Positions 57,639 through 64,000 of a DNA stretch of 64,000 bases are shown here, in pieces. Where the stretch lies: positions 8,041 to 72,040 of the IMG/VR virus record IMGVR_UViG_3300017917_002954; one strand, written 5' to 3'. The DNA comes from a virus. The notes beneath the pieces were generated by a model. The model did no database searches. It had not been told where the DNA came from and saw nothing but the letters and a program-made list of their open reading frames with translations. Made by a program: the position numbers and the translations under genes. The number at the start of each line of letters is the position of its first letter. Positions within the stretch are counted from its first letter, which is position 1.

Positions 57639-57810
57639 AAACAGTTTTTTTGCTGGCATCCATGAAAGTTGCTAGTGCTGTTTGTTCTTGTGGGTTGAGT
57701 TGTTTGTAGTGAGCAACCATGAGCTCAATGCCAGTCAATGGATCGTCAACTTGATTTGCCGCAAAAAAATCTTCAATGATTTCAAAGGCTTGCTCCAATG
57801 TTTGATCCAT
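57637..57810 (-). CDS. 57-aa acidic hypothetical protein (not in the ORF track)
   Basis: MDQTLEQAFEIIEDFFAANQVDDPLTGIELMVAHYKQLNPQEQTALATFMDASKKTV*. Has an AGGAG SD and its own promoter. Confidence 0.7.
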   Translation of the reverse strand: MDQTLEQAFEIIEDFFAANQVDDPLTGIELMVAHYKQLNPQEQTALATFMDASKKTV

Positions 57811-57813
57811 AAA

Positions 57814-57869
57814 AAAAACTCCTATTGTTGACTATGTTGTATAATAGCACAATAGGAGTTTTTGGTCAA
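57814..57869 (-). promoter_or_regulatory. sigma70 promoter embedded in a 15-bp inverted repeat covering the SD
   Basis: TTGACC-N17-TATTAT. AAAAACTCCTATTGT (57814-57828) pairs with ACAATAGGAGTTTTT (57849-57863). Confidence 0.7.
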
Positions 57870-57881
57870 GCTAGAAACTGT

Positions 57882-58736
57882 TTACTTTTTTGCTAGCCAG
57901 TCCACATAGTTTTCTTTCCAGACATCTGGATCTTGAAAGATATCTCGAGTGAGTGCATGTTTGTGTACATCAGGGTCGCGGAAAAACTCTATAACAAAAC
58001 GACCAATCTTTTTGGGATCTCGAATCATACCAAAGTTGTCGGGCCATGCGGCCTTCATTTTTTCATACACAGTTAGATCACTTCTAAAGCCAGCCATTTC
58101 CATGATCAGCTTGATGGCTGCAATACTGGAGTTGGCAGCAGTACAATAAGCACTGCCGTTAACAGCAACCAGCATGGTCATATCACCTGTTTGCCATTCA
58201 GTGTAGGGAATGTTGTATTCCAGGTCATACCAAAAATCATGAGGCATAATGTCTTGATTGCCGTTCCACATCCATTTGGGATGACGACTTTCTACTATAA
58301 CATGATTGCCACGTTGAGCCAGGTGATTCAACAACCACACATGATCGTGATGTCCAAACAACACGCCCCAACAAAACACAAGATCAAACTGATCAGAGTT
58401 GGTGTTGAAAAAATCATCTAGGCCTTGATTGATAATGGTGTATTGATCTTGTTTGTAGTACTTGCCCAACAATTCTCGAGCAGTGTTGCAAAAGTCAGAA
58501 CTGATTTCTACACCTGTGACATGAGCCGCACCATTGGCCAAACACCAGTCGGCTGTTTGACCAATAAAGCTACCAATGTCTAGGATGCGTTTGCCAGCCA
58601 CACGTTCTGGATTTAACAACAACTCATGTTTCATTATAGTAATGTTGTTGTTGTAAGGCACACCACAGTTGGGTGGCTTGTTGGCCCGGAAGTCACGGTC
58701 TAAGAATTCTGGATGATCTAAGAAACTGTTTTTCAT
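57882..58736 (-). CDS. Class I SAM-dependent methyltransferase
   Basis: GKRILDIGSFIG, VTGVEIS and FDLVFCWGVL motifs. Confidence 0.85.
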   Translation of the reverse strand: MKNSFLDHPEFLDRDFRANKPPNCGVPYNNNITIMKHELLLNPERVAGKRILDIGSFIGQTADWCLANGAAHVTGVEISSDFCNTARELLGKYYKQDQYTIINQGLDDFFNTNSDQFDLVFCWGVLFGHHDHVWLLNHLAQRGNHVIVESRHPKWMWNGNQDIMPHDFWYDLEYNIPYTEWQTGDMTMLVAVNGSAYCTAANSSIAAIKLIMEMAGFRSDLTVYEKMKAAWPDNFGMIRDPKKIGRFVIEFFRDPDVHKHALTRDIFQDPDVWKENYVDWLAKK

Positions 58737-59692
58737 TGTGCTAGTTTTTTAAGTGTGTTAAAATTTTGGCCTTGTAGACGTCCGAGACTTTCTGCAGTTC
58801 CACCATACTTTTTAACATTAAGGTTGTCAAGTGCAACCTGATGCTTGGGATCTTTGAATGCTTGGTTTACTACACGATTCATTTCATCTACTACAGATTT
58901 TGAAGTGCCTGCTGGTGCCCATAATCCATACCATACACCAATGCCTAGTTCAGGATGAGTTTTTGCGATACTAACGACTTCGCTCTTGGGTTTGATTTTC
59001 TTTACAACTTCTGCACCTTGATTGTCTAGTGTAGCAATGATATTGATCTTGTCGGAGTTAAAGTGCGGAGCCGCTGCTACCCAGGTATCCCAGGCAAAGT
59101 CTACATGACCGCCCAGCAAGTCGATGATTTGTGGACCAGATCCTTTGTACAAAATAATGTTTGGACGTGGTAGACCTTCTGCTTTGGCCCACTCATAAAA
59201 CACGTTGGCAGTGTTGGCATTCCAGAAGGCCACGTTGAACCGGTTGGGATTGGCTTTGACATAGAATTTAAACTTTTCGTATGAATCAATAGGCATGCCT
59301 TTCCTTACAGCCAACACATAGCTCACATTGGCCACTGGCACAATAGGAGTAAAACTGCGTTCGTTGTATTCAAGACTTGGAGCACGGAACGCAATGTTGG
59401 CATCCAACAATCCTGTGCCACTCATAAAAACTGTGTGCCCGTCGGGCCGAGCTTTGGCAGCAAAGTTTCCGCCGATTACACCATCAGCACCGGGCTTGTT
59501 GATCACAATACTTTTCCAGCCGTGTTCATTGAAGATTTGATCCACAATGCGAGCCAGTCTATCAGTGGCACCACCCGGTGGGTAAGGCACAATGATTTCA
59601 ATGGGTCGTTTTGTAGGTTCAAAACTGCCAGTGGCCCAAGCAGATGATACCATCATGCCGGCGGCCATTATGATTGCAAAAATTTTGTTCAT
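58733..59692 (-). CDS. Tripartite tricarboxylate transporter substrate-binding protein (Bug/TctC family)
   Basis: Signal peptide from ATG 59692, plus PIEIIVPYPPGGATD, NKPGADG, PDGHT, YKGSGP..DLLGGHVD and WYGLWAPAGT. Confidence 0.9.
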   Translation of the reverse strand: MNKIFAIIMAAGMMVSSAWATGSFEPTKRPIEIIVPYPPGGATDRLARIVDQIFNEHGWKSIVINKPGADGVIGGNFAAKARPDGHTVFMSGTGLLDANIAFRAPSLEYNERSFTPIVPVANVSYVLAVRKGMPIDSYEKFKFYVKANPNRFNVAFWNANTANVFYEWAKAEGLPRPNIILYKGSGPQIIDLLGGHVDFAWDTWVAAAPHFNSDKINIIATLDNQGAEVVKKIKPKSEVVSIAKTHPELGIGVWYGLWAPAGTSKSVVDEMNRVVNQAFKDPKHQVALDNLNVKKYGGTAESLGRLQGQNFNTLKKLAQ

Positions 59693-59796
59693 GGTTAGAT
59701 CCTTGGTTTGAAAAGCACACAATTGAGCATTGTGTAGATGATTTTTTTTTTTGGGAATTGATACTGAAGAACTGCAATATTATTTAGCACAGAGAC

Positions 59797-59823
59797 AAAA
59801 AACCTGCGACTCACATCGCAGGT
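59797..59823 (-). terminator. Rho-independent terminator
   Basis: ACCTGCGA-TGTGAG-TCGCAGGT-TTTTT on the minus strand, overlapping the phosphoesterase stop. Confidence 0.75.
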
Positions 59824-60416
59824 CCATTGCCGTTCTTGAATCCCACCACACCACCTTCAGCTTCAATACGTTTAATAACATCTTCAAACAAGATAGGTGC
59901 AAAGTCCGGAGTTTGCTCTACACATACACAATGATAGCGTGGATCAATCTCGTCGCTGTACAATGTTTCTCCAGTGCTGGCATTGACTCCACGTGCCTTC
60001 ATAACTCTGTTGGCATGTAAATGTCCGTGGATGTTTACACCAAAGCGACCCAAGCTGGCTTCATGCACCGGAATATGACTTAGAATCATTCCGTTCATCA
60101 CATGATATGCACGAAGCTCACGAAAGTATTCACGGTACTCGTCATCACGAAAAATGTCGTGGTTGCCACGGATCAAGACCTTGTCGCCATTCAAACGTGC
60201 CAAGGTTCTCATGGCACGCCTGTTAATGACAACATCACCTAGGTGATAGACCTTGTCCGTAGGCCGAACTCTTTCGTTCCATGCCCGAACCATAAACTCA
60301 TCCATTTCGTCTGGGTCTGTCCAAGGACGAAGTTTTGTGACTCCGTCATTGCGAGTGAAGCGGCAAACGCCAGCGTGTCCGAAATGCGTGTCTGATACTA
60401 AAAATACTGCTGGCAT
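59811..60416 (-). CDS. Calcineurin-like metallophosphoesterase
   Basis: SDTHFGH, HLGDV, GNHD and IHGHLH motifs. Confidence 0.9.
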   Translation of the reverse strand: MPAVFLVSDTHFGHAGVCRFTRNDGVTKLRPWTDPDEMDEFMVRAWNERVRPTDKVYHLGDVVINRRAMRTLARLNGDKVLIRGNHDIFRDDEYREYFRELRAYHVMNGMILSHIPVHEASLGRFGVNIHGHLHANRVMKARGVNASTGETLYSDEIDPRYHCVCVEQTPDFAPILFEDVIKRIEAEGGVVGFKNGNGPAM

Positions 60417-60444
60417 CTTGCCCTCCTTTCTGATTTAATATAGT

Positions 60445-60473
60445 ATTATACTGTAATTGCCATTTTTGGTCAA
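60445..60473 (-). promoter_or_regulatory. sigma70 promoter
   Basis: TTGACC-N17-TATAAT followed by an AAAGGAGG SD. Confidence 0.8.
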
Positions 60474-61888
60474 CTACGACGCTCTAGTTTAGATCCCAGT
60501 AAAACCACTGTTGAACTAATGATCAAACAAGCAAAAAAGCCTGCCAAGCTCAGTTCAATCATTTTGTTTAGGCTGGCATAAGCATACACTGGAAAGCCCA
60601 CAAACAGTGCCAATAAAATACCGGCTATCATGCTGTTAGCACGAATCCAATGTGGTCGTAGCAAAGACACCAAGGTAGGCACAAAGAATGTCATACAGAT
60701 ACAACCTGTTAAGAATCCAAAATAAAGAATGTTTACTCCGGGTACGTTTACCAATGCCCAGCTCAACGATACCACAGCCACTACTGCAATACGACTGATA
60801 TCAATTGTGCGTTCTTCTGACAGTGCCTTTGACAGTTTGGGCACAACATCGTGACTGATCAAAGTGGCCACGCTGGTAATTTGACTGTCCAAGATACTGG
60901 TCAATGCTGTCAGCAACATAAACACAACCAAAGCCAATGCCCATGGACTCAACATTTCAGCAATCACTGTGACATTGGTCAACTGTACATTGGCAATATT
61001 CATGCCTGTGCCTGCGGCAACAAAACCCAGGGTGCCAAACATTGCTGGTGCTACAAAAAACAGCACAGCAGCCAGGGCATAAGTTTGTTTAATTTTTGCA
61101 GGGTTAATAACAAAAGCACGTTGCCAGAAGCTGTTGTCTGCCCAGGGCAAGCTGATGTGTCTAAACACAAAGTAGATACCAGTGCTCAAAAAGAATGCCA
61201 CTGATTCGGCTGTGCCCCACAAGTCGCCATAGTTGCCTGACTTGCCTGACATGCCTTTGACAATGGTGTCCCAGCCAACTTGACTCCACACCTGCGGAAC
61301 AATAATAACAGCAGTGGCCAATACCACAATCATTTTAAAAATTTCTGTGATGTTGGTAGCACGTAGGCCGCGGAAGATGCTGAACAACACAGCACTCACA
61401 ATCAAAAATGCCGCTGCAATGTTCATGTTTAAACCAGTGATAGTTTCGATTAGTTTACTGCCAGCGTAGATATTCAAACTCAGTGCAATTATAGCAATCA
61501 ACAAAAATGCCAGGATGTAGGTATTGTGTGCTCCTGAGCCGTAGTTTAGTCGGATATGTTCAGCAAAGGTAAAGCCTTGTGGATATAGCTGTCTAATTTT
61601 ATAGGCAGCAAATCCAAATATGGCCAGGGTCAGGGTATTCATACCCAGTACCCAGAAGAAGCCAGTGAATCCAAACTGATAACTCAGCTGTGGTACCAAG
61701 AACAATGCTGTGGCCCAGGTCCATGCGGCACTGATACTGAACATACCACGCACAGTTTCAAACCGGCGATTGGCCAACAAAAAGTTTTCTTTGGTTTTTA
61801 AAACACCGCCACTGAATGCCCAGGTAAGTCCACCACATACTACAAAGTACAGAGCCATGAGGCCCAGTACAGTTGAAAGCTCTAACAT
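60470..61888 (-). CDS. Sodium:solute symporter (SSS) family transporter
   Basis: About 13 hydrophobic segments, with ENFLLANR, SAAWTWA, GLRA..TE, WQRAF and TSILDSQ motifs. Confidence 0.85.
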   Translation of the reverse strand: MLELSTVLGLMALYFVVCGGLTWAFSGGVLKTKENFLLANRRFETVRGMFSISAAWTWATALFLVPQLSYQFGFTGFFWVLGMNTLTLAIFGFAAYKIRQLYPQGFTFAEHIRLNYGSGAHNTYILAFLLIAIIALSLNIYAGSKLIETITGLNMNIAAAFLIVSAVLFSIFRGLRATNITEIFKMIVVLATAVIIVPQVWSQVGWDTIVKGMSGKSGNYGDLWGTAESVAFFLSTGIYFVFRHISLPWADNSFWQRAFVINPAKIKQTYALAAVLFFVAPAMFGTLGFVAAGTGMNIANVQLTNVTVIAEMLSPWALALVVFMLLTALTSILDSQITSVATLISHDVVPKLSKALSEERTIDISRIAVVAVVSLSWALVNVPGVNILYFGFLTGCICMTFFVPTLVSLLRPHWIRANSMIAGILLALFVGFPVYAYASLNKMIELSLAGFFACLIISSTVVLLGSKLERRS

Positions 61889-61891
61889 TGT

Positions 61892-62581
61892 TTATCCTTT
61901 GTTAATTTTATTGCCTGTGATAACCATCACAAAGTTTGTATCGTATCCAAAATTGCTGGTGCCGTGCGGTATGTTTCTGTAGTTCCAGTTAAACACATCG
62001 CCTGACTGCCATTTTAAAAAATTATTGCCCATTTGAAACACCTGCCCTTGAGCCCAATCTTTTAGAAAAATAATATAGATACTGTGTCGATGAAAATCTT
62101 CGTTCTTGTCGTAAACGTATTTCTTGGGATCATCGACTTCCCACTCTTGATACTTGTGTCGATCAAGATGCATCATAAAGTAGTGGCCAGGTTCTTCTAC
62201 TTGCACACGAATTCTTGTGCTGGCAGGGTCCAAGCCTAGTTCTGTGCTGACAATATCATACACAGCGTCGTTGCTGTCGCCAAAGCTACGAATGTACTTG
62301 TGGCCATGGCCAGCCACTAGTTCAAAATATTCTGCTAGCCATGCCTTGAATTGATCCTCTGATACTTCTCCGTCTGTGGTTGCAGCCGTGCGTCGAATAT
62401 AATCAGGACGAATGAATACATTTTCAAAAAACGCAGGAAGGGTTTCGTCTTGAAACCCTTGCATAATATATTCAAAATGTGGAGCTAGTTTGTCTGCTAG
62501 GTTGCAGATTGGGTGCTGTGCATAATCCCAATCCCATTCTTTAATTTGATTCTTGTATTGATATTCAACCCATTTTTTCAT
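61892..62581 (-). CDS. Putative 2OG-Fe(II) oxygenase/cupin-fold protein
   Basis: PGHYFMMHLD (HxD), IFLKDW.QGQ and PHGTSN distal His. Confidence 0.6.
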   Translation of the reverse strand: MKKWVEYQYKNQIKEWDWDYAQHPICNLADKLAPHFEYIMQGFQDETLPAFFENVFIRPDYIRRTAATTDGEVSEDQFKAWLAEYFELVAGHGHKYIRSFGDSNDAVYDIVSTELGLDPASTRIRVQVEEPGHYFMMHLDRHKYQEWEVDDPKKYVYDKNEDFHRHSIYIIFLKDWAQGQVFQMGNNFLKWQSGDVFNWNYRNIPHGTSNFGYDTNFVMVITGNKINKG

Positions 62582-62588
62582 AATGTAT

Positions 62589-62753
62589 CTACCGCCCTCG
62601 ACCGGCGGCTTTCTTCATAGGCCGACCAGCACCCTGTGGTGGTGCTGTTTTCTTGGCTTTTTTCTCTACTGCTATACCATCTTCATTTTCAAGATGATGT
62701 TGACCTTTTTTCTTGGCCAGTGCGGCCCGGAGTGTGTCAGTGAGCTTGCTCAT
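62589..62753 (-). CDS. 54-aa very basic protein (not in the ORF track)
   Basis: MSKLTDTLRAALAKKKG...KKAKKTAPPQGAGRPMKKAAGRGR*. Confidence 0.7.
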   Translation of the reverse strand: MSKLTDTLRAALAKKKGQHHLENEDGIAVEKKAKKTAPPQGAGRPMKKAAGRGR

Positions 62754-62755
62754 GA

Positions 62756-62911
62756 TTATTTGGTCTTTTCTCTGCGACTGAGTCGAATCTGTGCAGCTGC
62801 CTCGGCATCAACCAGGGCCTTTTTCCATGCGTTGCATTGGTCTGGCTTGGCAATGATTGCCAAAGAACGTTTGGCTGTTTTAGATAATTTAAATGCTGAC
62901 GATGTTTTCAT
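62756..62911 (-). CDS. 51-aa basic hypothetical protein (not in the ORF track)
   Basis: MKTSSAFKLSKTAKRSLAIIAKPDQCNAWKKALVDAE...*, with an AAGGA SD. Confidence 0.7.
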   Translation of the reverse strand: MKTSSAFKLSKTAKRSLAIIAKPDQCNAWKKALVDAEAAAQIRLSRREKTK

Positions 62912-62938
62912 TGTGTTTTCCTTGAGTGGATTGAAACT

Positions 62939-63013
62939 TGGTGCCCAGTATCTGACTTGAACAGATGACCTACCGCTTACAAGGCGGTTGCTCTACCACT
63001 GAGCTAACCGGGC
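62939..63013 (-). tRNA. tRNA-Thr (UGU)
   Basis: GCCCGGT/ACTGGGC acceptor stem with encoded ACCA, AGCTCAGTGGTAGAGC D-arm, ACCGC-CTTGTAA-GCGGT anticodon arm and GTTCAAG T-loop. Confidence 0.95.
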
Positions 63014-63022
63014 TAACAACAT

Positions 63023-63051
63023 ATTATACAGCAGAACTCTTACTTATGCAA
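63023..63051 (-). promoter_or_regulatory. sigma70 promoter for the tRNA
   Basis: TTGCAT-N17-TATAAT, 9 nt upstream of the tRNA. Confidence 0.7.
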
Positions 63052-63303
63052 CTATTCGTCTGTCCAATTTTTAGTTTGATCAAATGACTTTTCTTGTATG
63101 GTCTTTTCTTTATAGAACTTACGAGGATTACCGCACATGGCGCAATGACTGTCACCACAGGTCATGGCATGTACTTTGCCAAATCTGTGCTCGGGTCCTG
63201 CTAGGAATCCGTGTGCCTTTGCTATTTTTGTTTGCTTCTTGATAGCACGTAGTTTCTTTTGAAGTCTTTTGGAATGCTTGAAACGTTCAACTTGATTGCT
63301 CAT
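63052..63303 (-). CDS. Basic hypothetical protein with possible Zn-binding Cys cluster
   Basis: CGDSHCAMCGNPRK motif and a GGAGG SD. Confidence 0.75.
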   Translation of the reverse strand: MSNQVERFKHSKRLQKKLRAIKKQTKIAKAHGFLAGPEHRFGKVHAMTCGDSHCAMCGNPRKFYKEKTIQEKSFDQTKNWTDE

Positions 63304-63317
63304 AAAACCTCCAAAAA

Positions 63318-63365
63318 TATTTAGTGGTAGGACTCCAGTATAACTGAAATCCTACCCTTTTGCAA
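63318..63365 (-). promoter_or_regulatory. Tandem sigma70-like and TAAATA promoters with an overlapping hairpin
   Basis: TTGCAA-N17-TATACT at 63365-63337 and TAAATA at 63323-63318. Confidence 0.5.
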
Positions 63366-63380
63366 AGATTTTGAACGAAT

Positions 63381-63476
63381 TTATTCCTGTGCAATAACTA
63401 ATGCTGCTGCTACTGCTACAAAAACTCCTCGTACCCAAAGTTCTTTTTTTGTGATATTATACAGCGGCTTTCTCAT
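63381..63476 (-). CDS. Possible 31-aa membrane peptide overlapping the terC end
   Basis: MRKPLYNITKKELWVRGVFVAVAAALVIAQE*, with a strong AAGGAGGT SD. Confidence 0.45.
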   Translation of the reverse strand: MRKPLYNITKKELWVRGVFVAVAAALVIAQE

Positions 63477-63999
63477 TTTCCACCTCCTTGGTTTTCCATA
63501 GACTATAACCCACACCACCAGCAAGTAAACCAAAAGTCAGACCCAAGGTCAACAATGCAGGTAGTTTAATGCCCAACATCATTAATACAATCTTGGCACC
63601 AATCAATACTAAAATTAATGCCAGAGCGTATTTCAAATAATGGAATCTATGTATCATGGCAGCCAGAGCAAAGTACAAGGCTCTGAGTCCCAGAATAGCA
63701 AAGATATTTGAGGTATAGACTATGAATGGATCTTGTGTAATCGCTAGGATAGCAGGCACGCTGTCCACAGCAAATATAATGTCAGCAAAGTTAATCAACA
63801 CCAACGCAACAAACAACGGAGTAAAGTATCTTACACCATTTTCTTTGAACCAGAAAGCATGACCTCGGTATTCTGGAGTTAGATTGATGTGACGTTGCAT
63901 CCATTTTAGAGCTGGATTGTCTTCAAAGCTCTTTTCGTTGTCCTCTTTGGTAAACAACATCTTTACCCCAGTGACAATCAAGAAGGCTCCAAAGAACCA
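63457..63999 (-). CDS. terC: TerC/Alx family membrane protein, 5' truncated
   Basis: DIIFAVDSVPAILAIT.DPFIVYTSNIFAILGLRALYF signature. Frame is open to the window end. Confidence 0.9.
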   Translation of the reverse strand, partial: WFFGAFLIVTGVKMLFTKEDNEKSFEDNPALKWMQRHINLTPEYRGHAFWFKENGVRYFTPLFVALVLINFADIIFAVDSVPAILAITQDPFIVYTSNIFAILGLRALYFALAAMIHRFHYLKYALALILVLIGAKIVLMMLGIKLPALLTLGLTFGLLAGGVGYSLWKTKEVENEKAAV

Positions 64000-64000
64000 A

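Noticed and set aside
62583-62960. 125-aa plus-strand ORF
   Set aside because: It is antisense to two well-formed minus-strand ORFs and overlaps the tRNA, in an all-minus region.
62939-63013. tRNA as a prophage integration site
   Set aside because: No integrase or duplicated tRNA 3' end was seen, and phage-type promoters and genes continue on both sides.
1-64000. Alternative genetic code (TAG/TGA recoding) as in some large phages
   Set aside because: Genes are full length and densely packed in the standard code. TAA, TGA and TAG all end genes at sensible, coupled positions.

Overview
Fragment of a large tailed dsDNA phage genome (T4-like/jumbo myovirus organisation, standard genetic code). 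A Bug/TctC gene, PstS and IHF-like sites point to a proteobacterial host, possibly Betaproteobacteria (inference). Four blocks are visible. (1) 1-21010 (+): baseplate/tail module with a gp6-like wedge protein, a 4848-aa giant baseplate/fibre protein with seven FG-GAP blades, and two fibre-like proteins. (2) 21082-48003: a ~27-kb enzyme island with six N-terminal-twitch radical SAM proteins, seven glycosyltransferase-like ORFs, three SGNH-like proteins, sulfotransferase-like proteins, a NodU/CmcH carbamoyltransferase preceded by a 33-aa peptide, an NDP-sugar epimerase, a DegT aminotransferase, ThyX, and pstS with a Pho-box-like repeat. (3) 48005-57810 (-): a MoxR AAA ATPase and a DUF2201/VWA metallopeptidase flanking 19 closely coupled micro-ORFs, about 13 of which share a C-terminal F-x-L-[RK]-[WF] motif. 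(4) 57882-64000 (-): methyltransferase, TctC, metallophosphoesterase, Na+/solute symporter, 2OG-Fe(II)-oxygenase-like gene, tRNA-Thr(UGU) and a truncated TerC. Near-consensus sigma70 promoters (TTGACC-N17-TATAAT) and T4-late-like TAAATA motifs recur, several placed to give leaderless mRNAs. The best candidates for undescribed systems are the radical-SAM/glycosylation island and the MoxR-micro-paralog-VWA cassette. All family calls come from motif recognition by eye; no database searches were run.
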